Notes under the pieces: model-generated
What the model was told of the DNA's origin: nothing
Seen by the model: the letters and a program-made list of their open reading frames with translations, nothing else
Database searches by the model: none
NCBI GenBank assembly: GCA_963693365.1
Contig: CAVNZM010000010.1
Location: 5,028,060-5,092,059, forward strand
Length of the DNA stretch: 64,000 nt
From: Amoebidium appalachense
Taxonomy: Eukaryota; Protista; Ichthyosporea
Reading direction: 5' to 3'
Shown: positions 1 to 36,142 of the stretch, in pieces
How positions within the stretch are numbered: position 1 is the first letter of the stretch
Layout: every line of letters starts with the position of its first letter
Program-made: the position numbers and the translations under genes

Positions 1-63
1 TTGGTGTTACCCCCTACTCCTCCTTCCTGCTTTCCACGCGCATCATTCTTCACCTCCCCATCC

Positions 64-6570
<6,507 letters not shown>

Positions 6571-6811
6571 CAGGCCTTATCAGTAGATAATCTTTTTTAT
6601 TTATTGATACACAAAAAATATGATGAACAAGATGTACAAGCATTCTTCATTTATGCCGTTTTCGACGCAGAAAAGAAATTTTAAAAATCAAAAAATCAAA
6701 AATAATATAAAAAAACCCACTCACCCCCAATAAACACCATACAACCAGCCTTTCATTCCGTCAGTTTTAATCCTAATGTGGCAATTAGAGGTTACCTGGG
6801 GTTTTTGGTAT

Positions 6812-6960
6812 GCACCCCGCACACTTACAAAAAACTTCAATGAACACCCCCGGCACTCAAGCACAACTTTCTTTACAACCCCACACACTCAAAGACAACT
6901 TTCATAAACACCCCCCACACTAATCTAATTCGTTAACATCACCACACACTTAAAGAAAAA
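6812..6960 (-). repeat. Degenerate ~30-bp tandem repeat (about 5 units) in the presumed 3' UTR
   Basis: Units resemble CACCCC(G/C)CACACT(T/C)A-A-AACTT(T)CA-T-AA and are repeated just downstream of the stop codon at 6964. Confidence 0.6.
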
Positions 6961-6963
6961 CAA

Positions 6964-7601
6964 TCATACCGGAGGGGGCGGGTCCAGCTCATCAGGCCCG
7001 AAATCCGGCTCAGGCTGTCCGTTCATAACCAGCTCTCCTGTGAAGTCTTTAAACGCCTTAAGGCGATCCCCCAGGGGAGAATTAAGGGCAGCCTCGACTG
7101 CAAGATGGGCATAGGTGTTGACGGCATCATACGACTCGAGGTTGAGGATGGCTTCTATGTGCTCGATCATCCATTTCTGATGTGTGGGAGGGGAGGAGAG
7201 GGGAGGGGGGGGGGGAGGGGTTGTGTGCATGTGTATGTGAGTGAGAATGTGAGAGAGTGAGAACTGTCAGGGGGGGAAAGGTGCAAGAAGGCGGGGCAGG
7301 GCGCCGGGGGCGGGGGGAGGGGGGGGGGGGGAGGGGGGGGGGGGGGAGATATAGTATGAGCATAGGTGTAGTATGGAATATTGATGGGAAAACTCAGAGG
7401 TGCATTCAGCTTTTAGAAACTTGGGGCGTCGACTCTTGTCCTCGTTTGGAATGGACATTCCTTACACGTATGTGTGCACATCTGTCTGTCGTACAACAGT
7501 CCTCCTACCCCCCTTCTCCCCCAATTCTTTCCACAACACCCTCACAGCCCATGCGAGCACCCCCAACCTCACCTTTTCCCCAACACACACCAGTTCCCCC
7601 C

Positions 7602-7632
<31 letters not shown>

Positions 7633-7735
7633 ACCGCCCTTTATTGGTTTGTCCAGGCGTATGCGTGTGGTGAGGGGGTGCACACCTATCTATACCTTAT
7701 CCGGGCCTCCTCCCCCCTCCCCCACCCTTCTCCCC

Positions 7736-7769
<34 letters not shown>

Positions 7770-8259
7770 TCAGGCGCTCATCCAGGTGTTTGCGTGTGGT
7801 GAGCGGGGCCAGTGCCTGTGCATGCTCCTCCGGCAGGCTGAAGTTTGCCCAGAAGGCTTTGACCTGCTCATCTGTCGGCTCCTTGAGCTTCGTCATCATC
7901 TCCTGCACGTGATAAAAAATAATAAAAATATATTGAATAAGAGAGTAAAGGTGTAACTCAACGAACGTGTAAGAGAGGGGAAAAAAGGAGAGAATCCCAA
8001 AAGGGGGAGCAATTTTGGTGTGTGCGTGTGCGTGTGCGTGTGCGTGTGCATGCGTGTGTATGTTCTGGTGGGGCCGGGGGAGTAGAATGTGTTAGAGTGC
8101 CAATACCGATGCACGACGGAAAGCACAGTGCACATGAACACTGAACACATAAATAGTCTAGAATGAACACGTGCAGCATAAGCAGAGCCTATCATCAATC
8201 GACCCGAGGAAAAAAAAGAAAAAGGAAAAGAAAAGAACCCCCCCCCCCCCCCCCGGGCC

Positions 8260-8290
<31 letters not shown>

Positions 8291-8322
8291 AGAAATCAAC
8301 AGCTCTTCCCCCTCCCCCTCTC

Positions 8323-8357
<35 letters not shown>

Positions 8358-9954
8358 ACCTACACACACACACGCGCGCGCGCGCACCTTGACCTGCTCC
8401 GTCTCCGACCACTGGGGTGCACCCCCCTCCTTACTCTCCAAACTTCTTCACAATCTCCCGTCCTCTCCCCCCCCCCCCCCCCCCCCCCCAAAAAAAAACA
8501 AAAAAAAAAAACAAAAAAAAAACAGCCCCCCCCCTCCCCCCCCCCCCCAAAAAAAAAAAAAAAAAAAAAACATCACACATACCTTAACCTGCTCCGTCTC
8601 CGACCACTGGGGTGCACCCCCCTCCTTGCTCTCGACAAACTTCTTCACCATCTCCTTGTTGTAGTCGTGTGCAAGCAGCCGCCAGTTTCTGAACCAGTTT
8701 GAGAGAGAAAGCCAGAAGGGTTTGTTGCGCGGTGGGAGAGGTTGGTCCTCCCCGGCCTGACACAGGAGGGGATAGGCACCTACGATGGCGGTCTGTACTG
8801 CCTGTAAAGGGGTGTGGAAAATTGAAATGGAAGTGGGTTAGACAGACCGGAGAAGGGATATGCTGGGTGAAGGTTAAGAGATGGGCCTGAGACAGAAGGG
8901 GATAGGCACCTACGATGGCGGTCTGTACTGCCTGTAAAGGGGTGTGGAAAATTGAAATGGAAGTGGGTTAGACAGACCGGAGAAGGGATATGCTGGGGGA
9001 AGGTTAAGAGATGGGCCTGAGACAGAAGGGGATAGGCACCTACGATGGCGGTCTGTACTGCCTGAATACGTGACGGGTGGAAAATTGAATGAAAAAGTGG
9101 CTTAGATAGGATGGAGGGGAGATATGCAAGATGGGACAGAATGGGGGGGAATGTGGTGGGTGGGATAAGAACAGGTTGGGTTAGATAGTATAATATTACA
9201 AAACATACATGTGGGGCTTTGGCTCGCACGAGAAATGGATGCAAACAAGCTTGGCAACAACATTGAAGAATCCGAATCCCGGTAATTGTGTGTGCCGTCC
9301 AGGGTAAAACCCTTCCAATTGTAGTTCGATCGGGTCATGGGGCAATAAAACACCGGAATCCACTGTGACCATCAACCACGTAACCACCACGATGATTCCT
9401 TTGAAGTTCCTAAGAGTGGATTGAGGGACAGTACTTTGTGATAGCCTAATCACGCCCAAACCTATTTGATAGCTTTTTTCTCCGATCGGACGACACACGC
9501 ACCAATTAGAAACGATTTGAAGATTTGGAGGAAAGAAGGGAAGGGCAGGGAGGAGGGCGGGGTGCTAATACCTTGCTGTTGAGCTCCTCGGGTTTGAAGA
9601 AGGGGAAGATGCAGAATCGGGCCCTCTTCAGGAAAATACCTTCAGCCTCCTGTGTCATTGTTTTCTCCCTGTGGAGAGGGAAACAAAAAAAACCCGAATC
9701 AGCTATTGTACAGAAAAAGAAGCTGAACAAAAGAGACCATGTGCGTGTGTGTGTGTCTGTGTGTGTGTTGTGGTGGTGGTGGTGGTACATGTGTGCATGT
9801 GTGTAGGGCTCGCGGATAAAAAGGAGGGGCAGAATCCAACAGTAGAGCGTGTGTGGGGGCAGGGACTTACAGGAGAAGCATGCACAGGTTTGTGTGTGTG
9901 TGTGTGTGTTAGCGTGCTGCACATTTTTACTGTGGTGGTGGTGGTGGTGGTGGT

Positions 9955-10001
<47 letters not shown>

Positions 10002-10105
10002 GGGGGGGGAGGGAATAGAACGCAGTATACCGTGTGCTTATATGATTCACAGTGGATAACAACGTAAATACGCGGGGGGAGAGGGGGGGGGGGGGAGGGG
10101 GAAAC

Positions 10106-10136
<31 letters not shown>

Positions 10137-10243
10137 CAGCACAAGTTGAGCCCATATTCGGCCGGATCTAAGTCATCCACAGTGACCCGCGTTTCGACTA
10201 GAAAAGAGGACGAGAGGGGGAAAGGGCCTGCAAGGAGGAGAAG

Positions 10244-10289
<46 letters not shown>

Positions 10290-11179
10290 TGGCGCGGCAT
10301 TTGCATGTTTTTTTTTGTTTTTTTTTTTTGGGCGGAGGGGGGGGGGGGGCTGGGAAGGGGTTGTGCAAACAGTACTTTTCAGCAAGCAGGTTCTTGAGGT
10401 CATGTACGACCATGTCCAGATAGATGCACTGGCTCTCTAGGTTGGCCAGTCTCTCCTGAACAGTCAGGGGCTTGTACACCTTGGGGGGCTGCTGCTTCAC
10501 TACCGCTGGTAGGGGCTTGTTGTTGCGCGGCGCGGGAAGCGCACGCTGAACCTGTGCATATGTGTTCGTGTATGTGTACGCGAAAGTTAAAGTGTGTGCG
10601 TGTACGTGTACGTGTAAGTAACAGTGTACTTGTAAGTGTGTGCGTGTGCCGTACAGGTAGATAAGGATAATTATGAAGCGACCTATCTGTATGGCTTATC
10701 CTGGCAGCGCGACTTGACATCATCCCACAGAGAAGAGACCTCGATCTTTTCCAATCGATCACAACATTCTCCCCCTGCACCTTTTCTGTTCTTTCCCTTT
10801 ATGAGTGCGCGGGTGTGAGTGTGAGTGTGTGAGAGGTTCACCCTTGTTATTTTTCTTTCTCCTTACGTGTGTGTGAACGCAGCGGCACCCAGGGGGGGGG
10901 GGGGGGGTTTAAACCTGCTGTGCAGACATAGGAGGCCTTGTGGGCACCGGGGGGCCCTTTGGCTTTGCAGGAGCCGTGGCAGGGGCTGTGGCAGAAGCGC
11001 CCTTAAAGGCAGGCACCTTGGTAGCGGGCTTAGCGGGGGTCTTGGCGGCCCTAAAACAACACAAAGTAAGAATCTCGCTTCTAATGTTTTCTTGTATTTT
11101 TATTTTCGTTCCGACCTATCATCCCCCCTCACACCACCACCACCACCACCCACCCCTCTTCCCTTCCTGCCGGCCCCAA

Positions 11180-11212
<33 letters not shown>

Positions 11213-11797
11213 CAAGAAACAAACGTTGACCAACTGCAGTCACCATCTGACCCTCTTTCAGCCTCCTTGAGGCTTAAAAATAGATTATACATGATATTTC
11301 GGAAATTGCTGGAAGCCTGGACACACACACATCCAAAAGAAAGAAAAGCAAAGAAACGGAACAAAAAGCAAAGAGGAAAAAAAAAGGGAAAAGGGAACAG
11401 GAAAGGAATGGAAAGGAAAAATAAAGAGAAGAAAAATAAGGAAAAAAGAAATGAGGACACGTACACAGCATCGTCATCCGAGCTATCATCCAGTACGACC
11501 CTAGCAGGCTCAGCCCTGGCCTTCTTTGTGTGTTTTCCATCTTCCTTGTCGGCCTTTCTCTTCTCTGTGGGCATGCTGGTGGGGGGTGTGCCCGGAGGCA
11601 TCATGCCGGGCCACATGACCGGTACGGCACCTGGAGGTGGCGCTGCACCCGCCTCTACTGGCATCATCTGTACGTGTGTGTGCATGCGTGTACGTGTGTG
11701 TACGTGTGTACGTGTGTATGTGTGTGTGTGTTACACATGTGGGTTTACGTGTATGTGTGCACGTGAGGGCTAACATGGATGTGTGTGTGTGTGTGTC

Positions 11798-11836
<39 letters not shown>

Positions 11837-12220
11837 AAGGAGAAGTTAGTTTGTGTGTAAGTGAAGCAAAGGCATGCAGCGAGAAACTGTACACAATCTG
11901 TTCGTTGCTGTTCCCACTCAGCTCCTTCCCCTCTCCCTGCATACCATCTTGCTTGTTGCATCTCTAGCAAAGTTGCTCAATCACGTGTGCCTGTACATGT
12001 GTGCCTGTGTGTGTGAGGGGTGCCCGGAGGTGGCCGTGGCGGTGGATGGGTGGGGGGGGGGGGGGGGGGGGGGGGGGTTGTATGTTGTACACTGTTCGGG
12101 AAAGTAAATAGGAAGCCAAAAAATCAGTGTGCAGCATAAGCCGGCAGGCAAACGCGAACAGGAAAAGGTGGGTGGGTGGGTGATTGTGTAGGGAGGGGTG
12201 GGGGTTGGGGGTTTTGTTGT

Positions 12221-12255
<35 letters not shown>

Positions 12256-13726
12256 ACAGAAGATACTTACCACGTAGCCAGGTGGGGCTGCTGGTGCCAT
12301 CCTGTGAGGACAGAAATCAACACTTAGAACATGTCATCCACACTCGAATGACAACACTTTTCAAACCATCCACAAGTTTACCAACACCAGCCACGCACTT
12401 TCTGCTTTTGGAGCATTTGCTGTGAAGAGATGCTACGTGCGGAAGCAGTAGGTTCCGGGGGGGGGGAGGGGGAGGGGGGGGGGGCAGTACAGTGAATATC
12501 CAGTGAATATCCGTATCTCTGTGCGTTCGTGTATGTGTGGGTGCCATATACATGTGGCCACCCCTCTCAGCATTGATCACAGGCCTTCAACCTACGAAGA
12601 TAGCACAAGGCAAGAGGGAGTCAGGAAAGTGAATTAGTTTTGTGTCGGAAAAGTAATGTTCACAACAGTGCACGTTATAAGTCACTTACCCAGGGAAAGG
12701 CATAGGAGCTCCAGGCCATCCCGGAAAACCTGCACAGAGGGAAAAAAGGGTGTGTCATTTAAGTAATTGGTGTACAATTAGACAACAATTTGGTTTTGGG
12801 GTTCAATATCATTTAGTTGGGTAGGTAGGGAGGAAACAGAGACTGGAGAGGGGGAGGGGGGAGGGGGGGGACATAGCAAAAAAAAAAAAAGAAAGAAAGA
12901 AAACACTGCTCTCCCTTTGCCTACCCTCCCTGCACGATATTCCCTGCATCGATCACTTTCCATAAGAAGTTGTAGAACATCTGCTGCTTTGTGTCTTGTG
13001 TGTGTGAGTGTGCTCAATCAAGCACAAAAACCCAGACTCTAAAGATGCATATATATATGCCGGTTGTGTGAGCCTTGATGTGTCTGATTGCAGAAGCCAC
13101 AAAATAGGAATGTCCCAGTAACATAACCCCCTAGTCACACCAAACAGAACTTCAGTGCAAAAAGAAAGGGAACACTCAACCTACACAAAACCAGTAGTGT
13201 AAGGGGCGAATCTACTGCTTTCAAATGATGTTCCCAGATGAAATACATCAGTGCTGCAAACATCAAAAAAAATTGAGTGCTTACCTCCAGGAAAGCCCCT
13301 GTACGGCGAAGCGGAAAAAGTGAACGTGTTAGTAAGGGCTCTTTGGCAAGACCATGGAACCAATTCACCTAAATTGAATCCCATGAGCCCGACAACGACT
13401 TAAAATAAGGACCACCCAATACAAGAAACTGCTAGAAAGAGGTCTTGTTGTGTACCATCAGTCCTCCGTGCAAACGTTAGCACACATAGAGGTTTGTGAC
13501 ACCCTTCTAACTTTTTGCATGCACTGTGGTACCCAACCCTTAACCAGAATGCAACACCCGTTCACTCTTAACACTAACACAGCTACCGTATGATGCAACT
13601 TAATAACCCGCAGATCACCCCAAAAGGAAGGGAAAAGGGGGAAGATTTGTAGCCGCCATTGCTTGCACAGACTCACCACGCCGGGGCTGGCGGTGCCTCC
13701 GCCTGCTTCTTGTCCTTCTTCCCCAT
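6964..13726 (-). CDS. Multi-exon uncharacterised protein: Pro/Gly-rich N-terminus, Lys-rich linker, globular C-terminal region
   Basis: ATG at 13726 ([17 protein letters not shown]). Exons at about 13298-13285, 12730-12691, 12302-12271, 11667-11465, 11051-10914, 10551-10371, 10198-10134, 9669-9572, 8756-8583, 7902-7768 and 7176-6964 (TGA) splice into one open frame (...[34 protein letters not shown]...[21 protein letters not shown]...[16 protein letters not shown]...). Confidence 0.8.
8754..9130. repeat. 130-bp tandem repeat (~2.8 units) overlapping a 3' splice site
   Basis: GGCCTGA(C/G)ACAG(G/A)AGGGGATAGGCACCTACGATGGCGGTCTGTACTGCCTG starts at 8754, 8884 and 9014 with near-identical units. 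Confidence 0.95.
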
Positions 13727-14296
13727 TTTTTGGCGATCTCTCACGGCTGCGGTATACCCCCCAAAGAATTAGAATACGGGCGGCTCAGTTCGCTTTTAAA
13801 GGAAAGCAACAGCAAACACAAAAAAACTACTTAACATAACTTTAATAGTCGTACTAATCAGTCTGAACGTGCGCTAAAACGAGAAGCCTTTTTGTTTTTG
13901 CTCAGATTGATGACTTCGACGGTGTCCCCACACACAAGTTGAGGTAGGGTGGGAGGGTTCGTTTGGTTCACCCACACCATAAGCTCCCGGCATAAGAAAT
14001 AATAGAGCGGGGAAATGAAACTAGCCTTACCAAGTTTAGAATCCCTTGGCAAAGCTAAGGTGATGATGAAAAAAGGAAGGGGGTAGAAAGCGCACGTACA
14101 TTCAACGGTTACAACGGTCAAACGGGTAGTCTGCTCACGACGGCCTGCCCCGAAAGCCTTTCCACAAAACCGGGAACAATTTGCCTAGTTAAATTTTAAA
14201 CGGTTTAAAAGCATCTTATCTTACGCGATTTGCCAACCGCAAGCGCAAATTACGAAATTTAAAAATATTTAACAAACTAAAGCTGTAAATAATATT

Positions 14297-14947
14297 TTAA
14301 AAATAAAGATCGTGTACTCCTATGTACTCCGCGATTTGCCAAACGTTCGCGAGTGCAGCAACTGTCAACTGCACATTCCTAGGCCTCCGCATTCCGCACC
14401 GCACCGCCACTTTGCCCATGGCAGATACCGGTGTTACAACCCCTTCTCCCTTCCCCCCTCCTTCAAAGTTTGCATCGGAGTCAGGGTCTTCCTTGACACT
14501 CTTATTCGACATGTCGTCAAAAACGAAGGACACATTGGTGGGCTGTTCGGTTACTTTGTCATTGCTGTGTGTCACGCAACCATCCTTGTTATAAGGCAAC
14601 ATCGGAGGCGTAGGCTGTTGTGCTTCCTGTGTATTTTGGGTGTAATATGCGTGCAACGAATCGGGCATATAGTCATCGGCATGCTGCTCGATGCCTGCCG
14701 TTGCATTAGCATTGCCCTGAACTTTATGTGCGTGTTGGCCCGTGGGGTCATGTTCCTCAGTGGCCTTTTAGAACTTTCTAATTCTTGCTGAACAGTGGCG
14801 AGAGCTGCTACTTGTGCAATATTTTGGTCATCACACATGTATGTGCGACTCATTCCTCTTTTTAGCTTGCGCGGACCTCTCTTGGTTACTTCTCTGGAGA
14901 TGGGGCACTTGCACGCCTTTGGGGTTTCTCTTATACTTCTTGCCCAT
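14297..14947 (-). pseudogene. Intronless, frame-disrupted coding-like relic (orphan gene or transposon ORF remnant)
   Basis: High-complexity sequence free of microsatellites. ATG at 14947 (MGKKYKRNPKGVQVPHLQRSNQERSAQAKKRNE) stops early; overlapping frames continue (DDQNIAQVAALATVQQELE; HADDYMPDSLHAYY...DDMSNKSVKEDPDSD...). No family recognised. Confidence 0.35.
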
Positions 14948-15121
14948 TTTTGCGGCCCCACTACAAATATAGACGCCCACACACACTGTTCAACGTTACA
15001 CAAGGTACTTCGACTCCGAAAACAGACACGGAGAGATAAAACGGTAAAAAGAAGAACAAACGGCAAAAACGAGAGTAGTCCTACTGGACCCCCCTATGAC
15101 GTCATAACTATGGACACATGA

Positions 15122-15159
15122 GACCCAGCCACGGGTTTCTAGATGGCCGTGGACCCAGC
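15122..15159. mobile_element. 22-bp TIR micro-element CACGG...CCGTG with 8-bp target-site duplication
   Basis: GACCCAGC|CACGGGTTTCTAGATGGCCGTG|GACCCAGC. The right end CTAGATGGCCGTGGAC is identical to 35601-35616. Confidence 0.65.
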
Positions 15160-15233
15160 TTGTCATAGTCCTCCAAGCTCTCAGCCCTTTTTCAAGCATG
15201 GGCAGGGAGCTAAAGAAATGATCCGACGTCTCC

Positions 15234-15269
<36 letters not shown>

Positions 15270-15326
15270 GTGGTGGTGGTGGTGGTGGCGGGGTTTTTTT
15301 TTTTTTGGTGGTGGTGGTGGTGGTGG

Positions 15327-15369
<43 letters not shown>

Positions 15370-16106
15370 GGGGGATACAGGGGGGTAGAGGGGGACACGT
15401 GTATATACTACGCACGGGGGGCCCGGGCGAGGGGTTGGGGGGGGGGGGGGACACACATGTGTACACGTGCATACACACACGCACACAGGACACAAACACA
15501 TTCCCCACACAGACATACACGGGGCCGGGACAGCTGTAGTCATCAGCCGTTGGCTGCTGAGACTGTGCATTTGGTTTTCAAACGTGTAGCTGCAAAGCCG
15601 AAGAATTAAAGAAAAACCAACTCGCTTTTATTCTTTTTCTAATCGTCAACTTAGTATTCGGAAATTCGATGTACTGTTTTTGTTTTTGTTGGTACAGAGG
15701 AATGTTAACTCTGAATGTATATAATAAGTATCACTTATTGGTGTGATGCACCTTGTCATTCGTACAAAAACGACCCCGGTGTAAACGCACTTTTTCTGGA
15801 AACATTCGCTTGCTAAGTTCTTCACACCAACCCGAAACTTTGATAAATCCCCCCTCCCCCCGAAACCAAAAATCCTCCCTCCCCCCCCCCCCCCCCCCCC
15901 ACACACACACACCCCAACGCCCCCCCTCCCCCCCCCCCCCCCCAAAAAAAAAAGTACAAGAAGAAGCTAAAAGATTAAGCACTAAAGAAAACAAAACAAA
16001 ATAAAAAACAACGAATGCAGCTTGATTAGTCGCTGTAGTCGTCCGTTCTGGGTTTCTTCGATCTGCAAACGTATTGATCTGGTCAGTAGGCATGCAGGCT
16101 TAGAAA

Positions 16107-16149
<43 letters not shown>

Positions 16150-16529
16150 TTTCGTGTGAAAGAACTTCGATGTTTCTCGTGTTCTAATTTCCCCTACTCC
16201 TCTCCCTCCAACCTTCCTTAAACATCTGACACTCATTCACAAACGAAACGAGTAACACAACAAAGCAATTGGACAACACCAAATTTTGGCAAAGATGCAA
16301 AATTAGAAACAAAACAAAAGGGTTCAAATCCTAATCTGGGGGGGAAGGGTAACTATTTGTTACGATATACATGCTTCTTTCTTCCAGTTCTTAAAATGGG
16401 GGGGGGGGGGGGGGGGGGGGGGGTGAAGAATAGAACGAGGCATATAACGAATAGAAGAAGAGCTTGAGTGCTGCTTATGGGTCCTATCCCCTTCTCCTGC
16501 GAGAAAGACGGGGAGGAAGGAGAGAGAGG

Positions 16530-16575
<46 letters not shown>

Positions 16576-16862
16576 GTTTCAAAACACGAACCACATACTC
16601 CCGGCGCACAACACATGCAATTTTTGCAAAGCAAATGAAGGGATTGCAGGATTAGCGGAGCCCATCCTTGTATGTGTGTGTGTGTGGTTCTGGTGGATAG
16701 GTGGATGTGTGTGTGTGTGTGTATGTGTGGGTGTGTGTGTGTTTGGCTGTGGGGGGGAGGGGGACGGGGGGGGGAGAGGGGGGTTGACAAAGTACTCATT
16801 CGTACAGATGCACAACGAAAAACAGAGCAAAATGTCGAACAGACTATGATTGGAGGAGTCTC

Positions 16863-34306
<17,444 letters not shown>

Positions 34307-34975
34307 TTTGTCAATGACCAGTTCGTAGGGTTCTAAATCTAGCACCTTATGTAAGAATCTATGGGTCTGATTCTCTAACTATCTTTCTTAAACTTTGGCT
34401 TACTTGTCATCGCAACGTATACGTTTGCCTTTGCACAAGGTGACAGGTACGCATATGAATAGTTATTTATAACAATTGCGTCCTTGCAAACCTTGACACT
34501 TGCAAAGGCAAGTTGTCAGATGGCATACATGTATGCCTCAGAGTCCTCTCTCCCCCCACAGACCGTGTAACCAGACCTCTCTCTCTCTCTCCCCCTTTAA
34601 ATTCCGGACTCCGACTTCGAAAGTTCGAATGCCTCCCTCCCCCCCCCCCCCCCCCCCCCCCCCAATCCATTTATAGCAACAGATTTCTAATGGACTTCTA
34701 TTTTTAGCTGGCCCGGGTATTACGTAACCGACACATTCCATTCACTGCCATGACGTCACATGCACATTGCTCACTGATCATGATCACAAGTGTGTGGAAA
34801 TGCTGAGCTTACTAAGGTATATGTAATCACTTTACCCAATATATATGTAAGGGAAACAAATACATACACCAGTATATTTCCTAATTTATTTTCTTCTAGT
34901 CATACTGTACTTTTGATTTTTTTTTGGGGGGGGGGGGTTTTCAGTTTTGTATGTGACCATTTGAACTAATATTCG

Positions 34976-35266
34976 GTGATGCATGACTCGTCTGAGCCTC
35001 CTGGCATCAACAAGACCGTCGAGTTTACGTTTGGTGGCGAGGTGGAGACCGAGTACTTTGAAATTGATGGAATTGGATACAAGGTAACGAAGAAAGTAAA
35101 GTTTGAAAACGGCAAGCTGGTTGCTGATGTGAGAGGTAAGGATGTGAAGTTCAACATTGAGGAAGTGCGCTGGCTGTCGGAGGACAAGAAGGCTGTGCAT
35201 TTCGATACCATCTTTCATAAGGATGGCCAATCGGTGGAGGCAAAAAGGGTGTTTTTACGCCAGTGA
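34976..35266 (+). CDS. Fatty-acid-binding-protein (iLBP/calycin)-like C-terminal exon; N-terminus missing or disrupted
   Basis: ...INKTVEFTFGGEVETEYFEIDGIGYKVTKKVKFENGKLVADVRG...EEVRWLSED...EAKRVFLRQ* shows the FABP-like pattern F-x-x-G, (E/D)NGKLV, R-x-L and the terminal A-K-R-x-F-x-R. An in-frame TAA lies just upstream (~34967). Confidence 0.6.
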   Translation: MMHDSSEPPGINKTVEFTFGGEVETEYFEIDGIGYKVTKKVKFENGKLVADVRGKDVKFNIEEVRWLSEDKKAVHFDTIFHKDGQSVEAKRVFLRQ

Positions 35267-35570
35267 AACAACATAATAGTACGAGCTTCTATCAAGCAGT
35301 TTAGGTAGTGTTTCGGGTTCGAAAATTTGCGCTGCTGAATATATCTATTGCGGGTGAAATATTTTGCATGAAGGATCTACGTCATTTGGGTTAATTGATG
35401 GAACGGGTGGTACAGAGTAGAGGCACATATTCACTGGCAAGCAAAAGGACCAGCCAGTACGGATGTACAAAGCCCAATGAGGCACACGAAACACTCAGCA
35501 CAACACACAATAGCAACATTTAAAAGATACCCACACACACACACGTTTAAAGTCTTAAGATTACATGTAC

Positions 35571-35622
35571 GACTCATACCACGGCCATCTATGAGAGTCT
35601 CTAGATGGCCGTGGACACATAC
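35571..35622. mobile_element. 34-bp palindromic TIR micro-element with a 9-bp (8/9) target-site duplication
   Basis: GACTCATAC|CACGGCCATCTATGAGAGTCTCTAGATGGCCGTG|GACACATAC. Confidence 0.7.
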
Positions 35623-35970
35623 ACACACGACGTAAGTGACACACGTGTAGAACATCGGCATGTAACAGCACACACGTTCCTTTTACTTGACTGGTTATAA
35701 GGTGATTGGCTAACTTACTTTCAGTTAAAGATTGCGGCATCGTATTTTTCTCGCGGACCGCTTTCCTTTGAAAACCTGTGGCTGAGTTTGTGCTGGACAT
35801 GTAAATGGAAGTAAAAAACCAACCAACACACATGCGGCATGCCAGCATGCATGCATACTCACTGTACATAGCTCGTTCCATACTTGCTTACAAGCAGGCA
35901 TAGGACACACCGGTTCTATCACATATCCTGTTTTGCTTTTGAAAGAAGGTTGGGAAGGTAGGGGCAGGGC

Positions 35971-36001
<31 letters not shown>

Positions 36002-36107
36002 GGGGCGGGGAGGGGGGGGAGGGGGGAGGGGGAGGGGGGAGTTCCTGCGGTAGTTGGAAGGCGGTGGGTCATAGACTTTTTTTTTCCTTGTGTGTGGGTG
36101 TGGGAGA

Positions 36108-36142
<35 letters not shown>

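Noticed and set aside
8780-9061. Triplicated 22-nt micro-exon (cag|GCAGTACAGACCGCCATCGTAG|gt) inside the 130-bp repeat
   Set aside because: The flanking exons already join in phase 0 through the acceptor at 8756, and including all three copies introduces a stop.
6812-9130. CRISPR-like array interpretation of the tandem repeats
   Set aside because: No constant repeats with unique spacers, no cas genes, and a eukaryotic context.
16321-16331. B-box GGTTCAAATCC suggesting a tRNA gene
   Set aside because: No A-box or cloverleaf upstream.
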